Part shown: positions 21,300-32,759 of the stretch, one piece after another
Layout: each line of letters starts with the position of its first letter
How positions within the stretch are numbered: the first letter of the stretch is position 1
Source: Blastocladiella emersonii ATCC 22665
Lineage: Eukaryota; Fungi; Blastocladiomycota
NCBI GenBank assembly: GCA_025594325.1
Contig: JANHCV010000001.1
Coordinates: 1,922,001-1,986,000 of the forward strand
Length of the DNA: 64,000 nt
Direction of reading: 5' to 3'
The notes under the pieces: model-generated
What the model was told of the DNA's origin: nothing
What the model saw: the letters and a program-made list of their open reading frames with translations, nothing else
Databases searched by the model: none
Program-made: the position numbers and the translations under genes

Positions 21300-24200
21300 A
21301 TGCCGGACGCGCAGTTCACGGCGACGCCCGCCGAGCGGCCCGACTACGAGGCGTGGTTCGTCGGCAACGGCGGCAACCTCGCCGGCGACTCGATCGGCGT
21401 CGACGGCGCGCGCGCCTTCTTCCTGCAGTCGCAGCAGCCCAACGACGTGCTGTCGGCCGTGTGGCGCCTCGCGAACCGCACCAACGCCCCCGCCGCCCTG
21501 CGCTTCTCCGACTTCTGCATCGCCGCCAACCTGCTGATGCAGATCGCGCGCCGCCAGCTGCCCGCCCCGCCCGCCGCCCTGTCGCAGGCCTTCGTCGATG
21601 CCGCCGACGCCTTTGCCGCCGGCACCCCGCCGCCCGCGCCCACGCCATTTGACCCGTTCCCGTCGACGCCCGCGCCGCCCGCACCGGCGCCCACCGGCCC
21701 TGCGCCGTCCTCGGCCGCTGCCCGCTCCATGTCCATCTCGGGCGTCTCTGCGACCGGCATGGGCTCGTCGTTCCTCGACGGCTACGGCTCGGGGCCCTCG
21801 GGCCCCGGCAGCGCCGGCGGATACACGGCGCCGGCCTCGCCGTTGCGCGCCATCGAGCCGCAGCGCACCGGCGCGAGCATCGGCGGCGGCAGCCTCGCCG
21901 GTCTCAGCGCGATCCCGACCCACCGTACCGGCGGCGCACCCATCTCGCCCGCGCCGTACGGCCGGCCCGGGTCGGCGTCGGCCGGCGGACCCCCGCCGAT
22001 GCCGCGCACCGCGCTCGACGGCCCGCTCGGCGCCGCGCGCGTCAGCTCGCCCAGCCCGCTCGGCCGGCCCTCGGGCTCCGCGTCACCGCCCTCGGCCACG
22101 ATCCCGCGCTCGCTCGGCGGCAGCAGTGGCGCCGATGCCCCGTGGGCCGTCCCCGCCGATAAGCAGGCGACGTACGGCGGGTACTTTGTCTCGGTCGATG
22201 CCGCGGGCAAGGGCTACGCGACGGGCGCCGAATGCTTCGACATGTTCTCCAAGTCGGGCCTGCCCGCGCCCGAGCTCAGCAAGATCTGGAACCTCGTCAC
22301 GTCCGACGGCCAGCTGCGCAAGGAGGACTTCATCGTCGCCATGCATCTCATCTTCGAGAAGCTCGCCGGCAAGCCGATCCCCGACACGATGCCCGCCGAC
22401 CTTATTCCGCCTTCGCGCCGCCCTGCGTCCGCGGCTGCAGCCCCGCCCGCTGCTCCGCGCGCCCTCGATCTCCTCAACGCAGGCGCGTCCGTCGCCAACA
22501 ATAACGCGTCGACGGCGTCCATCTCGTCCCTGTCGGGCTCGGGCCCCGCCCCGGCCGCCAAGAACCAGACGTTTGAGGACATCATCGGCGGCGGCAGCGG
22601 TGCCTCGGCGACCGTGCCGCGCGGCGGTGCGTCGTCGTTTGGCATGGGCGGCTCGCTCTCCGCACTCTCGGCATCGCCGTCGCCTGCCCCGGCAATCGCC
22701 GGGCTCGGCGGGCTCGGCAGCGGTCCCTCGCTCTCGAGCACGGGTCCCGGCGCGGGTACCGGTCTCGCACCACCCTCATCGTCGGGTCTCACCGGTCTCG
22801 GCGGCCTGAGCGGCGGACCCAGCTCCTCCGGCTTCGCCACGCGCGGGACCACGCCGGGCGCGTCGGGCCTCGGGTCCATGGGCTCGCTCAGCAACCTGCC
22901 GACCTCGGGCATGTTCGGGTCCGGGGGCATCGGCGGCGCGAATCTCGCCACCGAGACGCGCGAGCTCAACGAGCTGGTGCAGAAGACCGAGTCGCTGACG
23001 ATGCAGCGCATCGAGACGACCAACGCGCTCAACCACATTTCGGTCGAGAAGCAGAACCTCATGATCCGGCTCGGCCAGGCCAAGGTCACGTTCGAGGCCG
23101 AGGAGAAGCTGCTCGAGGAGATGAAGGAGGCGCTCGACATGGAGACGGCCGCGTACGAGTCGTACAAGGAGGAGGTGCTTGGGCTCGAGCGCCAGCGCGT
23201 CGAGCTGCAGGGCGAGAAGCGCGAGCTGCAGGAGGGCATGATCAAGCACCGCCACGAGGCCGACCAGCTCCGCAACCGCATCGTGTCGCTCAACCTCGAG
23301 ATCAACTCGATGCGCCAGGAGCTCGCCAAGCTCCGCGAGGAGGCCGCCCGCGAGCGCGACAACTACGAGTTCAACCGCCAGTCGGTCCAGAACATCGAGG
23401 ACACCAAGGACCTCATCAAGAAGCAGCTCGACGCCGAGCAGCAGGCCAAGCTCGAGCGCGACGCGTCCCGCCTGATCCCGCCGCCGCCCGCGCCCGTGCC
23501 GGCTGCGCCCATGTCGCCCGTCACCGCGACCTCGCCGCAGTCCCCCGCCCGCGCCGCCTCACCCGCCCCCTCGGGCCCGGCCTCGATCAAGTCGCCGACC
23601 TCCCGCGCCGCGACCATGGACATGGCCTTTGCCTCGCCCTCGTCGCCGCCCACGTCGGCGCGCCCTACCAGCGTCGGGTCCGCGGTCGGTGCCTTCGGCA
23701 GCGGCAACGACCCGTTCGCCGCTCTCGCCAGCTCGCCGCCCATGATCCCAGTGCAGCGCACCGGCGGGTCGATCGGTAACGCGCTCGGTTCAGCCGACTC
23801 GATTGGCCGCGCGAGTAACTCCAAGTCGCCGGGCGCCATCTCCGCGCGCTCGTTCAACATGTCCATGTTCCCGTCGCCGTCGCAGCTGCCGACGGTCCCC
23901 ACGTCGCCGCCGCCGCCCATGCCCGCGTTCGCGAGCCCGCTCGCGGGTCCCACGGCGGCCCCCGCGCCCGCGCCCGCGCCCGAGCCCGTGTCGGCGCCCA
24001 CGACCGTCGACGAGATCCCCGACGAGTACAAGAAGGAGTTTGACAACGACTTCTCGTTCGACTTCCAGATGGTGTCGCCGGTCCAGAACACGGCCACGGC
24101 CACGGCGGTTGCCGCTCCCGTGGCGGCGAACAGCGACCCGTTCGCGGCCATGATGGCGGCAGCCCCCGTGCCCGCGCCGTTCATGACGTCGCCGACGGCC

Positions 24201-24668
24201 GCGCCGACTCCCGCGCCTGCTGCACCGGCACCGCTCGCCGACGACTTTGACCCGTTCAGCTTCCCAGCGATGCCCGCCGCCTCGGCGACGAGTCCGAAGC
24301 CGGCGCCGGCTCCGATGACGTTCAGCGGCGTGGGTGGCGGGGACGACCCGTTCCTGCAGCTCATGGGCGGCGGTTCCCCCGCGACGACGGCGGCGGCCGC
24401 GACTCCGGCGCACCCCGCTGCTGGTCCCGCGGCGGCGGCGGCGATCACGTCGGCGACGGCCTCGGCCGGCTCCCTGAACGGCGGCGGCACTCGCTCACCA
24501 ACGGGTGCGCGGTCGCCGTCGCCGACGTCGGGCGGCGATCCGGTGGTGACGGTCATGGCCATGGGGTTCAGCAAGGAGCAGGCGGTGCAGGCGCTGGAGC
24601 GGTACGATTTCGACGCGGAGAAGGCCATCAACTACCTGTTTGATTCGGGCGTGATGCCGTCGTCGTGA
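21300..24668 (+). CDS. EDE1: EH-domain endocytic scaffold Ede1/Eps15-like (EH domains, coiled coil, DPF motifs, C-terminal UBA)
   Basis: EH motifs (ARAFFLQSQQPNDVLSAVWRLA; MFSKSGLPAPELSKIWNLV...FIVAMHLI), a central coiled coil, repeated DPF, and UBA VMAMGFSKEQAVQALERYDFDAEKAINYLF. Confidence 0.9.
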   Translation: MPDAQFTATPAERPDYEAWFVGNGGNLAGDSIGVDGARAFFLQSQQPNDVLSAVWRLANRTNAPAALRFSDFCIAANLLMQIARRQLPAPPAALSQAFVDAADAFAAGTPPPAPTPFDPFPSTPAPPAPAPTGPAPSSAAARSMSISGVSATGMGSSFLDGYGSGPSGPGSAGGYTAPASPLRAIEPQRTGASIGGGSLAGLSAIPTHRTGGAPISPAPYGRPGSASAGGPPPMPRTALDGPLGAARVSSPSPLGRPSGSASPPSATIPRSLGGSSGADAPWAVPADKQATYGGYFVSVDAAGKGYATGAECFDMFSKSGLPAPELSKIWNLVTSDGQLRKEDFIVAMHLIFEKLAGKPIPDTMPADLIPPSRRPASAAAAPPAAPRALDLLNAGASVANNNASTASISSLSGSGPAPAAKNQTFEDIIGGGSGASATVPRGGASSFGMGGSLSALSASPSPAPAIAGLGGLGSGPSLSSTGPGAGTGLAPPSSSGLTGLGGLSGGPSSSGFATRGTTPGASGLGSMGSLSNLPTSGMFGSGGIGGANLATETRELNELVQKTESLTMQRIETTNALNHISVEKQNLMIRLGQAKVTFEAEEKLLEEMKEALDMETAAYESYKEEVLGLERQRVELQGEKRELQEGMIKHRHEADQLRNRIVSLNLEINSMRQELAKLREEAARERDNYEFNRQSVQNIEDTKDLIKKQLDAEQQAKLERDASRLIPPPPAPVPAAPMSPVTATSPQSPARAASPAPSGPASIKSPTSRAATMDMAFASPSSPPTSARPTSVGSAVGAFGSGNDPFAALASSPPMIPVQRTGGSIGNALGSADSIGRASNSKSPGAISARSFNMSMFPSPSQLPTVPTSPPPPMPAFASPLAGPTAAPAPAPAPEPVSAPTTVDEIPDEYKKEFDNDFSFDFQMVSPVQNTATATAVAAPVAANSDPFAAMMAAAPVPAPFMTSPTAAPTPAPAAPAPLADDFDPFSFPAMPAASATSPKPAPAPMTFSGVGGGDDPFLQLMGGGSPATTAAAATPAHPAAGPAAAAAITSATASAGSLNGGGTRSPTGARSPSPTSGGDPVVTVMAMGFSKEQAVQALERYDFDAEKAINYLFDSGVMPSS

Positions 24669-27314
24669 TCGCAGCTCGGTCGATGCGAGTAGTTTGGCAC
24701 GAGCGAGTGCAATACAGAGTGTGTAAGATCTAGTTGCTTTTCGTGTGGTGAGGGTGCGATAAAGCGAGTGCGTCGACAGGAACCGCGGCCGCCATGCGCC
24801 GCGACGCGTCGGTGACCGAGGATAGCGAGCGAATGCGTGTGCAAGACTGAGGCGCGCACTTCAGTTCCATAACAAGAACGTCGCGACCAGCTTTATGGTG
24901 AGGGTCGAGGATGAGAGGCAAAGACTCGGAGCCTTGTGGCGGGACGCGTCCTACTCTCGCTGCGTCCCGCGCGAGGGATACTGTTCACTCGTGGAAGGGA
25001 GTACAAGGACAATTACCTGCCTACGTAACAAAGCAGAGAGCAAACTTGAGAGCGACTTAGAGCAGCAACGGTTGAGGAGCGGGCCAACGAAAGTCGGCGA
25101 GACGCGGTTCGGTGTGGCGCAACGCGTCGGCCGCGACTGGATGGATCACTTCACTTGGACCGCACGAGGTTCACGTCGTGTAAGCCGCTCGCAAAGTGCC
25201 CCGATGAGACCGTCACAGATGAACCATGGGTTGAACCACAGAGGTGGAGCGTCGCCATCACACGCTTCCGCGCCCGTCGGCCCCCAAAATCGCCCATGCA
25301 CGACTCTCCTTCGCTCGAATCTCGAGTTCAACCCGACGAACTCATCGAGGATCCAACGAGTGAAGTGAAGGCGAAGCGATGCGAGAGCAGCGGCGGCGAC
25401 GGGGACCCACGAGGGCACACTCTTTTTCAGGCACGCACGCAAACGAGAAGCACGCCAGCGGGAGAGCCACGAGGGACCGCCGCCGGCGCGGGCACAGCAA
25501 ACAAAGCGGCGGCATGGGACGCTCCCTCGCCGTCGAGTCCTGCGAGCACAAGAGCACAGAAGCGGCAGCACACGCAGCAACACAAGCACACACGCACAAG
25601 CACCGCAGGCAGCCAAGGAACGTCGAGAACAGCGCGGGACGCGTGAAGGGAGCGCGACGCGACGCGTTGTGGAGGACAACTGTTGCATAAAATCCGTGAT
25701 CTAGCCTGATCCCGCCACTTGATGCCGAGAGAGAGAAAGAGCCGGTTGCAGCGGCGGCCGAGGCGCACCTTGCTGGCCCGGCAAAAGTCGGGAAAACAAA
25801 TCCTTGGGTGCCGGAGCCGGGAGTCGGAAGCGAGAGTGCGGAAGCGCGCCGGTTGCCTCGCTCCGACCCGCCCACTCGTCGAGCCCAACCCGCCAGAAAC
25901 GAACCCTAACCTCACTCAACCTGCCCGCCGCTCGCCTCACCGCGTCGGTCGACGATCCGAGCCGAGTCGGAAGCCGGGAACCGTGGGGATCCGTCACAGC
26001 CGCGAACGCTCGGAGCGAGTTTCGCGCTGCGCCATGGCGGTGGCGGACCGAGGGGGAGGCGGAGGCGGAGGCGGAGGCGGCGCCTCACCCACCCATCACG
26101 ACGCCACGATGGCGACGGCGGCGCAAGGGAGATCCGGAAGAAATCTCGTTGTCCCAGCGACGCACGGCCACGGCCACGGCCACGGTGCGACCAACGTCGG
26201 GTGCGACCAACGTCGGGCGCGACTCGCGCTCGCTGCCAGCGCACGCGCCCACAAAAGTCCCGAGTCGGTGGATCACGGCCGGCATCAAGCTGGCGTAGAT
26301 GAAGAAGCAGCCCTGGCGTAGCTGGCGTTGCCGCTGGCGTACGCAGCTGGCGTAGTGTGCCCGACATGTGAGCGGGCCGCGGTCGTCGCGTCGCGAGCGA
26401 GCGAGAAGGCTTCTCTGCTCGTTCCATCATATTGTGAGGGGGTCCTGGACGACGGGACGCACGGCAGCAGCTGCAGCACCGCGACACTGAAGGGCAACAG
26501 TGACAAGCCGTGACAGAGGCTCTATGATTGGACGCCCGCCGGCGAGCGTCGCCAGCTTCGCCAGCTTCGCCAGCTTCGCGCTAGCGCGCGCGCGCGTGAC
26601 CTCCTTTGTGTTCACGAGAGCGAGCGAGTGAGTGAGTGAGTGCTTGAACCGTTTCACCCGAGGCGGCGGCGAGGGCGTCCGAGGGCGGCGCCTCACATCC
26701 GAGACGGAGACGCGGCGAGGGAGGGGAGGGGGGGGGGGTGGCTAGCGCGCGCTCCAATATGGGGCGGACAGCAGTGCAGCGCAGCCTCACGCACGCTGCC
26801 AGCGGCAGAATCTTCTCGACCATGCGGGCGCCGCCAGCCCCCCCTTGCGCCACAAGCAAACGCCATCATGTGGCCCTCTTCGCCAGCTGGCGTAAACCGG
26901 CGTCGCGGGGGGCGGGGACCATGTGCAGCCAGAGATGGTCACACTGAGGCAAGCGGGCCATGCGCCTGTGTCCTGCTGCCGCCGCCGCAGCGCGCGCTCG
27001 CCACCGGTGCCGCAGTGCCTCAGTGACGGTGACGTCTGCAGCAGCCCCGATGTGTGCGCGGCCGCGGGGGAATATGGCGCTAGGACCCCCCCCCTCGCGC
27101 GTCTCGGACGCCTCGATTCAAATACGGCCGCGCCCCCGCGCTCCCCGGGTCTTGTTCGAGCATAGAGTGCATCCAGCTAGAGCGCTGAGCAACACGTCGT
27201 CGTCGAGGCCCATCACCATCAACCAGCCCCCACGTCGTCGCCCGCTCCTCTGCCCGAATCGGACCGCACATCGCCCACCACCGACCAAGCACCAACACCA
27301 TCACCATCACCATC

Positions 27315-29841
27315 ATGACCGCTGACGAGAAGCACCTCAACGAGAAGGCCGCCGAGGTCGAGGGCGGCGAGTCGAGTCTCGTCATGGACGCCGACTTCGA
27401 GGAGATGATCTCCAAGGTCGTGCCCACGACCGACGACACGTCGCTGCCGTCGTTCACGCTGCGCGTGTGGATCATCGGCACCTTCTTCTGCTTTGTGCTC
27501 GGCGGTACGGTCACTCTTTTCTCGTCGGTTCTGCTGGCTCGGTCGCGCGGCGTTCGCTGCGGTGGCGGAATCGCGGTCGCATCATGGCCGCGATCACGAC
27601 GCACGCGCGGGCTCGCTCGACCACGACCACGACCACGACCGCCGCCTCGCATCGCGCACGCACGCCAATCAGTGTCACTCACAATTTGCCCCGTCACGCC
27701 TCGTAGCCATCAACACGCTCTTCCTGTTCCGCTCGGTCGCCTTCTCCGTGTCCAGCTACGTCGCCATCCTGCTCGCCTACCCCATGGGTGTGTTCATGGC
27801 CAAGACGGTGCCGTCGGTCAAGTTCAACCTGTTCGGCATCGAGGTCGACACCAACCCGGGCCCCTTCTCGGTCAAGGAGCACGTCCTGATCAACATCTTC
27901 GCCACGACCGGCGCCTCGTCCATCTACGGTATCGACAACCTCGGCGTGCAGGAGATCTTCTACGACCTCGACATTGGCCACTTCTGGGGCATCGCGTTCC
28001 TGTTCTGCTCGGCCACGCTCGGCTTCGGTATCGCCGGCATGTGCCGCTCGTTCATCATCCGCCCCAAGGCCATGATCTGGCCCTCGATCCTGCCGTCGGT
28101 CGCCATGTTCATGGCGTTCCACCAGGGCGACCTGCACTCGGCCGTCGAGGACGAGGTCAAGGCCGACTCGGCCGGCAAGCAGGAGTGGTCGCAGCTCAAG
28201 ATGTTCGGCATCGGCACCCTCGCCATGACCATCTACACGTTCCTGCCCTCGTTCGTCGCGCCCATGCTGCGCTACATCCCGCTCCTGTGCTTCTTCTCGC
28301 CCTCGGACTCGATCATGCAGAAGCTCGGCTCGCCCACCTGGGGCCCCGGTATCGCTGCACTGTCGCTCGACTGGACGATCATTGGGTCCGGCCCCATGTC
28401 GGTCCCCTTCTGGGTCGCCGTCAACCAGCTCATCTCGTCCATCATCTTCCTGTGGATCGTGACCCCGCTCGCGTGGCAGGGCAACTGGTTCAACCAGCCC
28501 AAGACGGCGCTGCCCCTCAACACGACGGGCCTGTTCAAGAAGGACGGCAAGTCGTTCAAGGGCAACATGATCGTCGACAAGGAGACCAAGCGCGTCGTCG
28601 ACTCGCTGTACGACAAGGTCAAGCCGATCCACATGACGTCGCTCTTCGCCTTCGCGTACATGGGCCACTTTGCGTCGCTCACGTCGTCGGTCACCAACAC
28701 CATCGTCTGGCACGGCAAGGACATTGCCCGCCAGTGGCGCGCCGGCGGCAAGGCCGACAAGAACGACATCCACTGCCAGCTCATCGACAAGTACCCCGAG
28801 GTGCCCAACACCTGGTACTACGGCTTCTTCGTGTTCACGGGCATCCTGACCACCATCGTCGGCCACTTCTCGGGCCTCAACACGCCGTGGTGGGCCACCT
28901 TCTTCGCCGTCGCCCTGTCGGCCTTCGGCACGGTCCCGATCGCCATCGTGCTCGCCACCTCGGGCATCTCGCTCTACATGAACGTGGTCTCGCAGTTCCT
29001 CATCGGCCTCATCCTGCCCGGCCAGCCCATCGTCATGATGGCCTTCAAGTGCCTCGGTGTCACCGTCTCGCTCCAGTGCCTGACCCTTCTCTCGGATCTG
29101 AAGCTGGGTCACTACATGAAGGTATGTGGCAGCTTGCGCAGCTTGCGCAGCTTGTGCGACAAAACCAGATCTTTACACTGACCGCGATCTCGTTAATAGG
29201 TCCCGCCTCGCCACGTGTTCCTGTCGCAGCTGCTGTCGCAGATCATGGCCGTCTTCTTCTGCTACATCACGTACAAGTTCTGGATGCAGAACCCCGCGCA
29301 CCGCGAGTGGGTCACGCTGTTCGGGTCCAAGGCCGCGACCAGCAACCAGTGGACGTCGCAGACGCTCAACACCTACTACTCGGCCTCGCTCATCTGGGGC
29401 GCCGTCGGTCCCAAGCGCTTCTTCTTCGAGTCGTCGTACGCGCCCGTCATCTACGTCGGTGTCGCCCTCGGCATCTCGCTGCCCATCGTGCTCCGCCTGT
29501 GCTACCTGTTCGTCGGCGGCCCGATCCCGTGGCAGCTCATCTACGCGCCCATCCTGCTCCAGCCCCAGGGTCCCTCGGGCAACCAGGCCTACCACTTCAC
29601 CGGCTTCCTCGTGTCGTTCTTCTTCCAGTTCTACGTCTACCGCTACCGCTCGGCGTGGTGGAAGAAGTACAACTACGTCCTGGCCACGGCCTTCGACGTC
29701 GGCTCGGCCCTCACCTCGCTCTTCATCACGCTCGTCATCGAGGACCAGGGCATCACGTTCCCCGCGTGGTTCCTCAACTGCGTCGACACCGAGGAGCAGA
29801 CGTACTGCGGCTACGGTGACTGGTGCCACATCGAGTCCTAA
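27315..29841 (+). CDS. Oligopeptide transporter (OPT family), copy 1; exons 27315-27504, 27707-29121, 29200-29841 (748 aa)
   Basis: TDDTSLPSFTLRVW, NPGPFSVKEHVLI, MIWPSILP and DLKLGHYMK|VPPR are OPT hallmarks. Both introns are GT..AG and restore the frame. Confidence 0.95.
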
Positions 29842-30405
29842 ACGGGCGCGGTGGTTGCTGTCTCCCTCCCCCCCCCCCCCCTTTTGTTTCCACATTGTTC
29901 TATAGATGGGATTCCACATTTTTGATCATCAATCACTTGTTCGTCTACTTCCTGTCTCTCGAGCGCGCCTTGTGCGTGTTCTCCTCACTCAGTTCTAGTC
30001 GAGGAACTCGTCGTGCTCCCGCGCACGCGAAGATGCGGTTGAATATGGTCTTTTGATCGAGCATTTGTCCGTTGCTTTTCTCGCGAGCGCAAAGTAGACT
30101 CATTGAAGAAAGCTCGAGGATCACGAGCGCAGGCTCGCACACGACGAGAGACGCGCCGGCGGCGGTGGACGAGCGCTCCGGCGGAGCGTTGAAACGCGCT
30201 GCGCCACACTGAGCGCTCCGACGGAACGCTGCTGAGACGCGCTGCGCCACACCGACGGAGCGCACTTTTCGTCGCCCGCCGGGCTGCCTCGCTGATCAGC
30301 TCGCCCATCACCGTGCTCCTATAAAAACCGCGGGCTACCGTCACTCACCGAACAGCAACAACAACCAATAGCAACAAGGCCCGCTCAACTAAACCCGCAA
30401 AAACC

Positions 30406-31563
30406 ATGTCGACCACCACTACTGCCGCCGCCTCGACCAGCAACACTCGCGCCAACGCGCACAGGATGCACTACGCGCGCCTCGCCTCGGCAAGTCCGGC
30501 CTCCAGGTGTCGCGCATCTGCCTTGGCATGATGTCGTACGGCTCGCCCGAGTGGCAGCCGTGGGTGCTTGACGCCGACCGCTCGCTGCCGCTGCTCAAGG
30601 CCGCCTGGGACGCCGGCATCAACTTCTTTGACACCTCCGACGTGTATTCGAATGGAGCTTCGGAAAAAAATCCTCGGCGACTTCATGCGCGAGCACGGGA
30701 TCAAGCGCACCGAGATTGTGGTTGCGACCAAGGTCAACTTCCAGGTCGGCGAGAACGCGGGCGACCAGTACGCGTTCGCGCAGCTGCCCGCCTTTGCGCA
30801 GGCCAACAAGCGCGGCCTCTCGCGCAAGTACATTTTCGAGGCCGTCGACGCCTCGCTCGCGCGCCTCGGCACCGACTACATTGACCTGTACCAGATCCAC
30901 GACTGGGACAGCAACACGCCCATCGAGGAGACCATCGAGGCGCTCCACGACCTGGTCAAGGCCGGCAAGGTGCGCTACATTGGCGCCTCGTCCATGTACG
31001 CGTGGCAGTTCGCCAAGGCGCAGGCCGTGGCCGAGCGCAACGGGTGGACCAAGTTTGTCAGCATGCAGAACCTCGTCAACCTGGCGTACCGCGAGGAGGA
31101 GTGCGAGATGCTGCCGCTGTGCCGCGACATGGGCGTCGGCGTGATCCCGTGGTCGCCGCTCGCCGGCGGCCTGCTGTCGGACAAGGGCAAGTCGACGACG
31201 TCGCTGCGCGCACAGACGGACGTGTACCATAGCATCCACGTCACCGAGGCCTCGTCGTCGTCCGAAGCGGCCGAGGTGTCGGACGAGGACCGCGCCAAGG
31301 CCATCGTCGCGGCGACTGACGACCGCATTCTCGCTGCGCTGCGCAAGGTGGCCGCGGCCCGCGGCGTGCCCGCGTCGCAGATCGCGCTCGCGTGGGTGCT
31401 CGCCAAGCCCGAGGTGTTGGCGCCCATCATCGGTATCGCCAAGGTCGCTTACCTCGAGGACGCGGTCGCGGTCGCGGCCCTCTCGATCACGCTCACGGCC
31501 GACAAGACGGCCGCCCTCGAGGCCCCCTACCTCCCCACCGCCGTCCGCGGCATCTTTGACTGA
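30406..31563 (+). pseudogene. Aldo-keto reductase (aryl-alcohol dehydrogenase-like), copy 1, with two frameshifts
   Basis: AKR motifs RLGKSGLQVSRICLGMM, FFDTSDVYSNG, VATKV, LARLGTDYIDLYQIH, KVRYIGAS and IPWSPLAGG. The frame is broken by a 5-bp duplication (cctcg, ~30480) and by A7 instead of A6 (30664-30670). Confidence 0.85.
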
Positions 31564-31996
31564 ATCTGTTTGATTGCTTAAGAGAAGCTCAATATAGTGA
31601 TACACTATGTTGCTTGGTGCTCAATCGTACAAATGTGCTCGTTCGGGATCTAAAAGCCCTAGCCCCGCACGTCGCGGCAAATAGCAGGCCATGAGCTGAT
31701 CCTACCCACGCGACGGAACCGCTGCACACCCACTGCGCGCCGGCCATGAGCGAGGGAGTTTTGGACGAGTTTTCCTCGCTCCGAGGGCCGGGGCGAGTGG
31801 CGTGCACAGATTCCTATGACACTTGAAGCCGCACGCCTGACTCACATTTTTTCTGGAGGATCGGAGCGAGCTGGTAGTCGTTTATGAGGCCGTTTGCTGG
31901 TCTGTTCGACTGATCGAGAACTCGTCGAATATGCAGTTTCTCCCGTCAAAAAAACGTTGGTTTTGGAGAAGAGCATTGATGAACGCCGGAGGGCAA

Positions 31997-32511
31997 AATC
32001 GGGATTCGAAGCAAAAGCTAAGCGCTCCGACGCAGCGCAGGCGGCGGCACCTTGTGAGGGCGCGGGGTCCTACGTGTCCTAGCTCACTCGACTCAGTGTG
32101 GGGCTGTTTTCCGGCGCGCGCCATCGCCTAAATGGGGGACGGCGACGCGCGGCGCGCGGCCGCGCGAGACATGCGCGCGTGAGGATCATACGCACGTGAT
32201 ATTTCGACGCATCCGCGACGCTATTTGTTTGTGTTCCTCAATACAAAATTTGTGAAGGATACGTCAACATGCAGTGCATTAGATAGCAGAGCAGACCAAG
32301 CATCAAACAACTGGGCCAAAAAGTAATCGGGATTCGAAGCAAAAGCAAGGGCTTCAAGCTTGCGCAGGCGGCGGCAGCCCCATTCCAGGGTGCGGGGTCC
32401 TGCGTGCTCTAACCACTCGACTGTGCCGTGGCTGTTTTATGCTGACGCGCCGTCGCCTAAATGGGGGACAGCGCACCCGCCGCAGCCGTGCGAGACAGCC
32501 TCACGTGATAT
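31997..32511. repeat. Degenerate direct repeat, two ~190-205-bp units (31997-32202, 32325-32511), period ~328 bp; mirrored at 35577-36091
   Basis: Units share exact blocks AATCGGGATTCGAAGCAAAAGC (22 bp), TCGCCTAAATGGGGGAC (17 bp) and CACGTGATAT, plus similar GCAGGCGGCGGCA and GCGGGGTCCT segments. Confidence 0.85.
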
Positions 32512-32759
32512 CGCAACGCGTCTCGCGCTTTGAGGCTCGCAACTCGCGACTCGCGACTCGCGATTCGCGCCTTGCGTCGTCTTGTTGTCGCGCTTGTTTC
32601 CAGTTTCTAGTTTCCGATCGTTTGCAGTGGTACGTTCGAGTCTTTGTGTGATTCGATGCAAAACGGAGCCATTCTACATAGCGTGAATTGGAAACTCCAC
32701 GCACAAAGAAACACACATTAATCACCATCGTTCCAGTGTCAAGCAAGCCAAGCTGCTCT

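Larger units (their letters stand above)
24286..32651. repeat. Left arm of a large inverted repeat (8366 bp)
   Basis: Every ORF in 24.3-32.65 kb has an identical opposite-strand counterpart, with coordinate sums of 68089 outside and 68088 inside the homopolymer at 29868. Boundaries were checked base by base. Confidence 0.97.

Noticed and set aside
19529-24668. Divergent PACRG/EDE1 pair echoing the animal Parkin-PACRG head-to-head arrangement
   Set aside because: No Parkin gene is present. Divergent neighbours ~860 bp apart are ordinary in a compact genome.
31997-32511. CRISPR-like or tRNA/5S array
   Set aside because: Only two long degenerate units per arm, with no repeat-spacer periodicity and no cloverleaf or Pol III box pattern recognised. 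The context is eukaryotic.
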